Shown here: positions 1 through 8,158 of the stretch, in pieces
Numbering within the stretch: the stretch's first letter is position 1
Layout of the letters: every line of letters begins with the position of its first letter
Source: a virus
Strand: one strand, 5' to 3'
IMG/VR virus record: IMGVR_UViG_3300009702_000017
Location: 1 to 36,314 of that record
DNA: 36,314 bases
Notes under the pieces: generated by a model
What the model was told of the DNA's origin: nothing
Seen by the model: only the letters and a program-made list of their open reading frames with translations
Database searches by the model: none
Translations under genes and position numbers: made by a program

Positions 1-498
1 CCTAAGAATGGCTCCCTTCAGATTGGCATACCTAAGAATGGCTCCCTTCAGATAGGCACCAACCAGATAGGCATAAGTCAGATCGGTATTGGCCAGATTG
101 GCATTCTTCAGATTGGCACCACCCAGATTGGCATTCTTCAGATCGGCAGCTCCCAGATTGGCATTCTTCAGATCGGCAGCTCCCAGATTGGCATTCTTCA
201 GATCGGCAGCTCCCAGATTGGCATTCTTCAGATCGGCAACTCCCAGATTGGCATACTTCAGATTGGCACCACCCAGATTGGCATTCTTCAGATTGGCACC
301 ACTCAGAATAGCGTTAGCCAGATAGGCACCCTTCAGAATGGCACCCTTCAGAATGGCCCCCTTCAGATCGGCACCTTCCAGATTGGCACCCTCAAAAGAA
401 ACCCCCCTCTTGACTCCCTCCTCGAGAGCCTTCCTGATGTTGGTAGCTGCGTGGCTGGTATAGATTTCGGTTCCGTTGATGTGGTGTATGACAATCAT
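1..498 (-). CDS. Pentapeptide-repeat protein, copy A (3' end runs off the window)
   Basis: Absent from the ORF track because there is no stop in the window. ATG at 498 follows AAGGAACAAAA. Translates [52 protein letters not shown]..., then A(N/D)Lxx repeats to base 1. Confidence 0.92.
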   Translation of the reverse strand, partial: MIVIHHINGTEIYTSHAATNIRKALEEGVKRGVSFEGANLEGADLKGAILKGAILKGAYLANAILSGANLKNANLGGANLKYANLGVADLKNANLGAADLKNANLGAADLKNANLGAADLKNANLGGANLKNANLANTDLTYAYLVGAYLKGAILRYANLKGAILR

Positions 499-509
499 TT
501 TTGTTCCTT
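452..509 (-). repeat. 58-bp exact dispersed repeat, inverted relative to 28302..28359
   Basis: AAGGAACAAAAATGATTGTCATACACCACATCAACGGAACCGAAATCTATACCAGCCA (RBS plus first codons) is identical at both loci; similarity continues with scattered substitutions. Confidence 0.95.
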
Positions 510-594
510 TGGTTTTAAAAAGTGGAAACAAAATTCCTGATGGATGCGTGTTTTTCCTAGCTAACCGCAAGAATACGGGTTGTCCTACTTATAC

Positions 595-607
595 TACAGC
601 GAGAAAA
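595..607 (-). promoter_or_regulatory. Accessory-gene upstream motif TTTTCTCGCTGTA
   Basis: Identical 13-mer at 12621..12633 (-) and 12-mer at 29469..29480 (+); followed by a -10-like TAGTAT/TATAAG; upstream of pentapeptide gene A. Confidence 0.6.
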
Positions 608-668
608 GAACCTCAAAAACTTTCGCGGCCTCTACCGTATCATACTCCTGATAAGTAGTAGTCTGACA

Positions 669-935
669 TCACCAATCGTAGGGGTAAGGGACTATGGCAT
701 CACCAATAATCTCACATGCCTCATCGTCGTAAGTCCGGGTAGCCTCTTCTCGCGCCTGTGCGATACGCTCCTCACGCTCGGTAATGAAGTCGGCAAGTGC
801 GGCCACGTCGCCCTCGGGGGCCACATACCATTCCCCCGTTCCACGGTCCCTGTAGACAAGCTTGTCGTTGACGCGGAGAATGTTGTAGTTGTAGAGGGAC
901 ATCATCGCCGTCTGGATCTGAAGTCCCGTAGCCAT
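669..935 (-). CDS. Hypothetical protein (88 aa)
   Basis: AGGAG RBS before the ATG and a sigma70-like promoter upstream. Confidence 0.75.
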   Translation of the reverse strand: MATGLQIQTAMMSLYNYNILRVNDKLVYRDRGTGEWYVAPEGDVAALADFITEREERIAQAREEATRTYDDEACEIIGDAIVPYPYDW

Positions 936-979
936 TGCTTTTCTCCTTAGTCGTTGTTCGTGTTCGTCATCATGGATAC

Positions 980-1008
980 AATGTACTTCATTTTGAGATA
1001 GGTGTCAA
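980..1008 (-). promoter_or_regulatory. Sigma70-type promoter
   Basis: TTGACA-17 nt-TACATT on the - strand, divergent from the tail operon. Confidence 0.7.
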
Positions 1009-1024
1009 GGTATTTTTACAGCCA

Positions 1025-1032
1025 CAATCTAT
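1025..1032 (+). promoter_or_regulatory. Putative late-promoter motif CAATCTAT
   Basis: Heads the tail operon; the same motif precedes most structural transcription units. Confidence 0.65.
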
Positions 1033-1064
1033 AGAAGTGGCGAATGAACGCCAGAGGAGCAAAT

Positions 1065-1475
1065 ATGGGCAGTATGACAAATACGGTAGAGTTCACTATT
1101 ACCGAGGTGGGTGAACGTACCGGAGAAACCTTCGCAGGCACATTCACTACCAAGGTTTTCCTCAGTTTTGATGAAGAAATGACCCAAGACCGCCTTCGCC
1201 GCCAGTTCCTAGGGGAGAACGCCATTGACGCTACCCCAAGGGCGGCTGACCAAGCCATGGTCTTCTCCGAGTTAGCTGTCCGATTGGTAGATGCACCGGC
1301 ATGGTGGGAAGATAGTCGTAATGGCAGAGGGTTATTTGACGACAATGTAGTCAAGGCCGTCTACGACGCAGCAATGAAGCCAGAAGCCGACCGGCTTGCA
1401 GAGGCAGAGAAGAAGGCGAAGGAGGCAAAGGATGCGTTGCGAAAGGAAGCCAAGGAAGTAGCCGCAGCTGATTAG
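1065..1475 (+). CDS. Putative tail assembly chaperone
   Basis: AGAGGAG RBS favours ATG 1065 over 1044. Acidic ~136-aa protein two genes upstream of the tape measure; ...LAVRLVDAPAWW... resembles myovirus chaperones. Function is positional inference. Confidence 0.6.
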   Translation: MGSMTNTVEFTITEVGERTGETFAGTFTTKVFLSFDEEMTQDRLRRQFLGENAIDATPRAADQAMVFSELAVRLVDAPAWWEDSRNGRGLFDDNVVKAVYDAAMKPEADRLAEAEKKAKEAKDALRKEAKEVAAAD

Positions 1476-1483
1476 GCGTAGTC

Positions 1484-1957
1484 GTGACATACCTGGAGTC
1501 CATTCGATTGCTGGCCTACTGGTCAGTAACCCACCCCGACCGCGACTATCATATCCGCCGGGTACATCGGTGGTACTCCAAGACTTTCTCTACTCCTCTT
1601 CACGAGGTCTACCAGCTTCCTCTTGATGATGTTTTGCGAGTGTACTTTGAGGAACTCTACGAGAGCATGGATGATCCTCAACGGGAAGAGGAGCTTGGAG
1701 TGCTAGCCGAGAGTGAAGCAGAGAAGGTCGCACGTTTGAAGAGGGAGTCCGCAGAAGAAGCAGCGGACTACGACTTCTGGAAGCTTGCAGAGGAAGAAGC
1801 AAAGGCAGAGGAGGAAGAGGAAGAAACCGTGCGACCCCAAAAACCACGGTGGCTAGAAGACGAGGTAGTGCAACCTGACGTTCAGTTCGAATTTCAGGAT
1901 CCAACAGGATCCATGATTCCTAAGATTAGATCGTTGGGTAGCTTTGATGAAGGGTAA
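1484..1957 (+). CDS. Putative second tail assembly chaperone
   Basis: Acidic 157-aa ORF (WYSKTFSTPLHEVYQL) directly before the tape measure gene. Confidence 0.5.
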   Translation: MTYLESIRLLAYWSVTHPDRDYHIRRVHRWYSKTFSTPLHEVYQLPLDDVLRVYFEELYESMDDPQREEELGVLAESEAEKVARLKRESAEEAADYDFWKLAEEEAKAEEEEEETVRPQKPRWLEDEVVQPDVQFEFQDPTGSMIPKIRSLGSFDEG

Positions 1958-1959
1958 AG

Positions 1960-4518
1960 ATGCCATTAGGTAGTGGACCAAGTGAGAAGCAGCTACGGTT
2001 TGTGATGTACGTAGACGAGCAGTCTGTGCACAAGGCCAGACGGCTCGTCAAGGATCTCACAGATGACGTGCGCAAACTTGTTGAAACTACTCAACGAGTC
2101 AACCTTGGTGGATTTGGTGGTGTTGGTGGCGGAGGTGGCTTCCGTGGCAATACCACAGTGACCAGTGGACCCGCAGCTGCTTCTAATGCAGCGGGTACAG
2201 CAACAAACAATGCCACCGACAATCTCATACAGACTCTCACAAAGCACAAGGAGGTGTTCCGAAGCATCGCCACCGGATCCAAGGATGCGATGAAGGTTAT
2301 GGATGATGCCATGCGCTCATCCGTTCAAGACCAGAAGCAGCAGATCAGGGATCTCCAGAACTCCATCAAGTCCCTGTCACAGTCGTATAAAGACCTCGGG
2401 CAGTTCTCCAAGTCTCTCGAAGGTATTCCTGGTCAAGAAGGTGTGCAGCGTAGACTGCACCAGGACCGACAGGGAATGCTCAACCAGATTGCCGAACAGA
2501 TGGTCAGCAGGTCGAAGGGAGAGCAGAACCTTGCTACCCTCCGCTCTATTGGCATCCAGCAGATTGCTGGTCGCTCTGGCCAGAACTTCGTCAATCCAAA
2601 GCTAGGTCTCTTCCAGCGTGCGTTTGGTATGCGTCAGACAAACTTGGCGACAGGGCAGACAAGTGGTGGAGTTGGAGACTTCATGCGTAGGCGGCGCAGG
2701 TTGCCCTTTTCCTTCGGTGCGGGGGTTGTGGGTGCAACGGGGCTGTGGGCACTCCATACGGGTGTAGCCGAAGAGCTTCGTGAGCCTACCGACATCTTGC
2801 GTCAACACCAAACGCTGGCTGGATTTGGTAGCGCAGCAGTTGCTACTCGTGCGGGTGACTACACTACTGAATGGACTCTCTCACATATGGATCAAGCCGA
2901 TATGGCAGGGCTGAAGCGCATCCTAGGAGGTGGTCAGAAGTTTGCGCGATACATAAAAGCTATCGAAGCGAGTCCTGGTAATTGGGCGGCTAACCTCATG
3001 GACTTGCCAGCGCAGCAAAAGGCAGCTGCGATGAAGTACATTACGGGGTTGAAGGCAAAGCACCCTCTTACGATGCAGCGACTTCGTGAAGCTAGCCAGA
3101 CTGCCGAAGGGCGTGTAGCGGAGATGCGTGCAACTGGCCTTGGTGATAGCTATGATAAAGTCGGTAACTTCATGGGCAATGCGTCTAACAAGTTTGTGGA
3201 TAAGCTCACTACCAATGGCGCTTATACCAGAGGCCAAGTGTTAGCTGCCTTCAGACAAGAGGCGGCGGCGGGTGGCCGTGGAACAGCGCAACATCAACTC
3301 GGTGGTGCACTCTATGCTCAGGCTGGAGGATTCCACAACGCAGGCGGCTTCGCCGGTATCATGGCAATGGGTGGCCTCTCTCCTGATGAGGCATTGAATC
3401 GGATGGGGTCTATTACGGGCCCTCGAAAGAATGGTGGCGTCGATGTTGAAGCTGTCAACAAGATGGGCGACGTGATCATGCAACAGATGCTCAACGGTAC
3501 ACCCGTCACTACCGGTACTGGCATGATGGGTATGTTCGGTGGCCGTGCATGGCAGGGTGGTAACGCCGCCCAAGACATGAAGTACGCCCGATTCGCCCAG
3601 CAGGGAATGGACACAGGAACCCAATTCCTCAAGGGTGGACCAGATGCCTATCAGCATGGATTGAACCTACTACTGGCAATCAAGCATGGTAAGGGATTGG
3701 GTATTTATGCGCAGAACTATCTCGCTGGTCACCTCAACATGAACCTAATAGCACAGGCTATGTCTGGGGGTAAGTTGCCCGCCGAGATGGCGGCCAGAGG
3801 CATCACCCGTGGCATGATTAGTGGGATGGGACGAGATGTACTGAGCAGCTTCATGATGCGTCGGCTACATGATGGCGATCCACGTAACAAGCTGATGAAC
3901 ACCATCCAAAAGGATTTTGGTGGAGATGTCGTACGCTTCCTCCACTCGAAGCATGGCAAGGAGCTAAACCAAGACATCGTAAGCCTTGGTACTGCATTCC
4001 ATGACACAATGGGAATGGGAACCGAAATGGGCGACGAGAACATGATGCGGATGCTCGCCACTATAGGTGACTATAGCCATTCTCGTAAGTGGTCTCACAA
4101 GCATGGCCGTGGGTTCTATGATCCCTCAAGTGGAAGCGCCTCGGCCAGCGCTGCCAAGCAACACGCAAGAGCACAGCAAGATCTAGACGTATGGATGGAT
4201 CACTTCAAGGGCTCTGTTAAGACTATGACAACCGGCGCAGATACGGTTGCGGAAAAGCTCAATGACGTAGCCTCGGATCTCTCGATCACCGCTGGACAGC
4301 TAACAGATAGTTTGGTTGGAATCACGGCCGCATTTAAAGAAGCCAGAAGTGCATTGGAATCTGGAAAGAGCGAATCACAAAGCGAATTCCATAAGAATGT
4401 CGAAGTGCGCATCCACGCTGCAAACAGCGCAAGAGTAACGGCCAAGGCAAACGCAAAGCTTCATTCAGCTTTGGTTCCTGCGGTAAATGGAATCGATCCT
4501 TCCTCTAGGATACGGTAA
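1960..4518 (+). CDS. Tape measure protein-like
   Basis: 852 aa, Gly/Ala/Met-rich with coiled-coil-like stretches; lies between chaperones and baseplate genes; TAATG coupling to the next gene. Confidence 0.7.
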   Translation: MPLGSGPSEKQLRFVMYVDEQSVHKARRLVKDLTDDVRKLVETTQRVNLGGFGGVGGGGGFRGNTTVTSGPAAASNAAGTATNNATDNLIQTLTKHKEVFRSIATGSKDAMKVMDDAMRSSVQDQKQQIRDLQNSIKSLSQSYKDLGQFSKSLEGIPGQEGVQRRLHQDRQGMLNQIAEQMVSRSKGEQNLATLRSIGIQQIAGRSGQNFVNPKLGLFQRAFGMRQTNLATGQTSGGVGDFMRRRRRLPFSFGAGVVGATGLWALHTGVAEELREPTDILRQHQTLAGFGSAAVATRAGDYTTEWTLSHMDQADMAGLKRILGGGQKFARYIKAIEASPGNWAANLMDLPAQQKAAAMKYITGLKAKHPLTMQRLREASQTAEGRVAEMRATGLGDSYDKVGNFMGNASNKFVDKLTTNGAYTRGQVLAAFRQEAAAGGRGTAQHQLGGALYAQAGGFHNAGGFAGIMAMGGLSPDEALNRMGSITGPRKNGGVDVEAVNKMGDVIMQQMLNGTPVTTGTGMMGMFGGRAWQGGNAAQDMKYARFAQQGMDTGTQFLKGGPDAYQHGLNLLLAIKHGKGLGIYAQNYLAGHLNMNLIAQAMSGGKLPAEMAARGITRGMISGMGRDVLSSFMMRRLHDGDPRNKLMNTIQKDFGGDVVRFLHSKHGKELNQDIVSLGTAFHDTMGMGTEMGDENMMRMLATIGDYSHSRKWSHKHGRGFYDPSSGSASASAAKQHARAQQDLDVWMDHFKGSVKTMTTGADTVAEKLNDVASDLSITAGQLTDSLVGITAAFKEARSALESGKSESQSEFHKNVEVRIHAANSARVTAKANAKLHSALVPAVNGIDPSSRIR

Positions 4519-6512
4519 TGATTACCATCAACAGATACAAGCTCATTGAAGACTTCAAGGCGAAGGATGAGACATACATCAGTCTCGATCCCTACTTCGT
4601 CATGGCCGTCGTGCAGTTTAAGCGTAGGACCACGTTCTCTCGCAGCAAGCTTGCCAGCTTCAGCGAGAACGCTAGCGATGGCATCGAAGTGGTATCCACT
4701 CCACTCATCATCGTAAACGATGTCGTGAACTACACCATCACTCATGGGAAGTCATCCCATGTCTCTTCGATGCAAGTAAGACTGAAGCACAGTGACTTCA
4801 ACTACGCTGCCAACGTTGGTAAGGGAGACTGGGCATGGGGATGGGTAGTCAATAGCAGAGAAAAGGCACAGAACATCATAAGTCGTATTAAGAAGAATGA
4901 GCCATGCAACAACTTTGACGATGGACTGAAGTTCATGGGACGCATCCAGTCAACGTTTGAGTCGGGTATGATCAACCCGGAGAACGGTATCTCTACCGTC
5001 GAGTACACTATCCATGCGAATGGCTTCACGGAGCTAAACGCCAAGACCTTCTACGACCCTTACCTCGTTCACAAGGACATGACCATGAACGACTGGGCGG
5101 CCAGGATTGGGATCGAGGATGGCATCAACGCGCTTATTGAAAAGCCCTCGAAGGAAAAGGGCGGGGTAGCTGCTATCACAATCAACAAGGTCATCCCCAA
5201 GCTATTGAGCATCCTAGTGGGCAAGGGAATCTCCCAGCAGTTCTCCAACCTCGCGGGTGAGTCCCCACTCCAATCTGTCACTGGTCTGGAGAGTTCAAAG
5301 GAAGCTCCCTACGCCTACATCGTGCCAAAGGAAGTGGGCAAGATGATCGGCAAGACAAACCCAAGTAAGAGCAGTAACATGCTTGCGTACTCGGATCTCC
5401 TAGAGCTTAACATGGGGCTGCATCGTTACACCGAGAACACTCACGCCGCAGATAGGTATCGAATCTTCATCCCCGATGGATTGCGTGAAGAAGAGCATAA
5501 CCACAAGTTTACCCACAAGCCTTTGATGGGGCTGTTCACACCCACTATCCCAAGCTTCACAAACCAGACGGTATGGGGAATTCTCTCGCAGTTCCTCAAC
5601 CCTCATGTCAACGAGATGTACACGGCCATGAGGGTCAACAACAAGGGCAAGATCGTACCTACGTTGATGGTAAGGCAGCTACCGTTTTCCACCGAAGAGA
5701 TGCTAAATCTGTCTGAGTCATCTGGCGTTGGAGGAACGATTTCAGAAATTCGAAACCAACGAGCTAGCAGTAACATCAATACCAACGTCACCAAGAACGT
5801 ACACCTGAAGCGGCAGGGCAACAGACGCACGCCCACTACTGACTACAGCACCTCTATATTGGATCTTGGCAGTTCGCCTAACGACATCCCCCCTGTCACC
5901 CCCTATCTAGAGCTACCGAGATGGCAGCTACACAATACGATGGTAAAGTCATGGCATGTGGGAAGTAGTAATACATTGCGAATCAACTTCCTGCATGTCT
6001 ATGGGCAGTCGGTACAGGGATCGCAGCAGGATAACCCCACCAACCAGCTTGTCCGAAACCCTCCTATCAGAGACGAGATGGACATCAAGTCACAGGGCCT
6101 CTCGCCCTACATGGGAGTCGTCGCAGTCAGTCCGCTGGAGTCCATGGTGCATGGACCAAAGAAGTGGATGGAGGTAATGAGCGATTGGATGATGGGGCTT
6201 CAGAACTCCCTCACAGGCACAATCAATCTCTTGCCTATCCAGTCGCCTATCGTGCCTGGAGACAATGTGGAATGGAATGGTGTGGTGTATCACATCGAGG
6301 ACGTAACGTTCACTGGAACAATCAATCCAGAGAATGGCACCAAGAAGTTTGGGACAATGCTTCAAGTGAGCCATGGAATGCGGTCCAACTCCGATCCCAA
6401 GTATGTGGGCATGCCTACTGGCAACGAGCCCAATGAGACAATCTACGCTAACATCTACGACGACGATACAGTTGGACCTCTTCTCGGCTTGACTACCAAT
6501 GAGGATATGTAA
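4518..6512 (+). CDS. Baseplate hub-like protein
   Basis: 664 aa after the TMP; C-terminal LTGTINL..PIVPGDNVEW..VYHIEDVTF resembles T4 gp27/gpD-type hub barrels; TAATG overlaps at both ends. Confidence 0.6.
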   Translation: MITINRYKLIEDFKAKDETYISLDPYFVMAVVQFKRRTTFSRSKLASFSENASDGIEVVSTPLIIVNDVVNYTITHGKSSHVSSMQVRLKHSDFNYAANVGKGDWAWGWVVNSREKAQNIISRIKKNEPCNNFDDGLKFMGRIQSTFESGMINPENGISTVEYTIHANGFTELNAKTFYDPYLVHKDMTMNDWAARIGIEDGINALIEKPSKEKGGVAAITINKVIPKLLSILVGKGISQQFSNLAGESPLQSVTGLESSKEAPYAYIVPKEVGKMIGKTNPSKSSNMLAYSDLLELNMGLHRYTENTHAADRYRIFIPDGLREEEHNHKFTHKPLMGLFTPTIPSFTNQTVWGILSQFLNPHVNEMYTAMRVNNKGKIVPTLMVRQLPFSTEEMLNLSESSGVGGTISEIRNQRASSNINTNVTKNVHLKRQGNRRTPTTDYSTSILDLGSSPNDIPPVTPYLELPRWQLHNTMVKSWHVGSSNTLRINFLHVYGQSVQGSQQDNPTNQLVRNPPIRDEMDIKSQGLSPYMGVVAVSPLESMVHGPKKWMEVMSDWMMGLQNSLTGTINLLPIQSPIVPGDNVEWNGVVYHIEDVTFTGTINPENGTKKFGTMLQVSHGMRSNSDPKYVGMPTGNEPNETIYANIYDDDTVGPLLGLTTNEDM

Positions 6513-7599
6513 TGGCTACGGTTCTTGCAGATGGGACAGTCATTCCCAGCTACCTTGACGTGGAAGACACTTCTTACGGCTCGCCAGATCCGAACTACGG
6601 CAACATTGCTTTGCGTCTCGGTGAAGTCGTCAAGGTGATCTATCCAACTGACTCTCGCAGTCGTTCTAAGAAGATTATCGAGTACGACGTTGCTACCGAT
6701 GGGGTCACGTCCACAGATGGTAGCTTGGGTGGACACATCAAGAGGTACCTCAACTGCGTTATGAACAACCCCTTCGGTGGGCTTGCAGACAAGCTGGTAT
6801 GGACAGCAAGGGCGCAACCAAGTGACAACCCCAATGACAAGGCGATTGGTATTGGGCTAGGTAGCAAGGTGATCTTGCTGTGTGTTGATGGAGAGACCAA
6901 TCGAGGCATCATTATTGGTGGTGTTAGAGATGTTCACGATACTGGCGATGTAGAGAAGGACGGGCACCATCTTCACTTCGCCTTCAACGGTCTCAACGCC
7001 ATTGTGAATGATGATGGTGAGCTTACAGCTACCTTCAATGGAAAGACAAAGGCCAACGGCAAATTGGATGACAACGCAGACAAGGACTCTTCTGGTACCT
7101 ACTTGAAGATGGACAAGACAGGCGCATTCAAAGTGGCCTCCAAGAAGGACAAAGACTTCTTCCTGTTGGATCGCAAGAACAAGCTTTTGCATCTAAAGTC
7201 ATCGGGGAAGTACCATCTAGAAGCAGCAGACGATGTTACAGTTGATGGTGACAAAACCATCTATCTGAAGGGGACGAAGGGGTTGCGTGTAGGAGCCGCC
7301 ACCGACAGCATGCTGAAGGGAACGACATACCGAAATGCTGAATCAAATTTCCACCAAAGCCTGCTCACAGACCTAACGTCTCTCACTACTCAAATTGGAA
7401 TAGCCGCAGCGGCCCTTGCCGGGTCAACTGCTCCTCTGTCCGTACCCGTTGTTGGGGGTTCGCTCGCGGCACCTTTCATCGTCACAGCTAGCAAGCGTTA
7501 GTACAAGCTACCAAGACGCTTGTACAGGTGGCGAAAGACCTAGGCTCATTCGAGGCCAAGTCATCTACCTTCCTGTCGACTCTCAACAAGGCAGACTAA
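6512..7599 (+). CDS. Baseplate central spike (gpV/gp138-like); probable -1 frameshift at ~7492
   Basis: N-terminal OB-fold-like region (LRLGEVVKVIYP...GSKVILLCVDGETNRGIIIGG) followed by beta-repeat sequence. The ORF stops at 7501, but the -1 frame reads QALVQATKTLVQVAKDLGSFEAKSSTFLSTLNKAD* to 7599 and restores the TAATG overlap. Confidence 0.65.
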
Positions 7600-8153
7600 T
7601 GGTTGCAACACTCACAGATCCAGCCAACGATGTCATTGAAGACGTAGACTCACAGCTTGATGATGTCTTTGCTAATGGAGTTTCGGTGAATGGTTCTACG
7701 GTCGGGCCGTTTCCAAGCTACAACGAGAGCTTTCTGACAAAGGCCAACAAGTCCCTCATTCGGGATACGTATCGACTCGCATTGGCAGGTCTGTTGAAGT
7801 CACTTGGTAAGCTACGACCAAGGTGGATTGCGCTAAACACTCTCAATGGATGGACTGTCAAAAACTACATCTTATACGAACTACCGTCTTACTCCGTGGA
7901 CGTATTCGGAAGAGTTAGGATGCGCGGCAGGATTCAAGGGACAAGTACCAATGTCCCCGTCGTTGTATTGCCATCTGGCGCTCGTCCGCAAAAAGAGCAC
8001 GCTTTCGTTGTTGCTTCCGACCCTACAGGCAGCGCAAGTGGGAGTGGGTCTGCTACCATAAAGGTGCTATCAAATGGACAGGTGGTTGTGACTCGAATGC
8101 CAAAGACACCAGACTGGATCTCACTTGATACAGTCTCATTTGATGCAATCTAG
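7599..8153 (+). CDS. Minor tail / fibre-associated protein
   Basis: Start reassigned to ATG 7599 (TAATG overlap). C-terminal W..L.NGW...GRVRMRGRI...LPSGARP...WISLDTVSF beta-domain is typical of tail-fibre C-termini. Confidence 0.65.
   Translation: MVATLTDPANDVIEDVDSQLDDVFANGVSVNGSTVGPFPSYNESFLTKANKSLIRDTYRLALAGLLKSLGKLRPRWIALNTLNGWTVKNYILYELPSYSVDVFGRVRMRGRIQGTSTNVPVVVLPSGARPQKEHAFVVASDPTGSASGSGSATIKVLSNGQVVVTRMPKTPDWISLDTVSFDAI
8146..8153 (+). promoter_or_regulatory. Putative late-promoter motif CAATCTAG (leaderless spacing)
   Basis: The C lies 13 nt before ATG 8159; no SD sequence. Confidence 0.6.
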
Positions 8154-8158
8154 AACAC

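Noticed and set aside
1440-1490. Lambda G/GT-type programmed -1 frameshift between the two chaperone genes
   Set aside because: The downstream frame has a TGA at 1469..1471 and there is no slippery heptamer after it.
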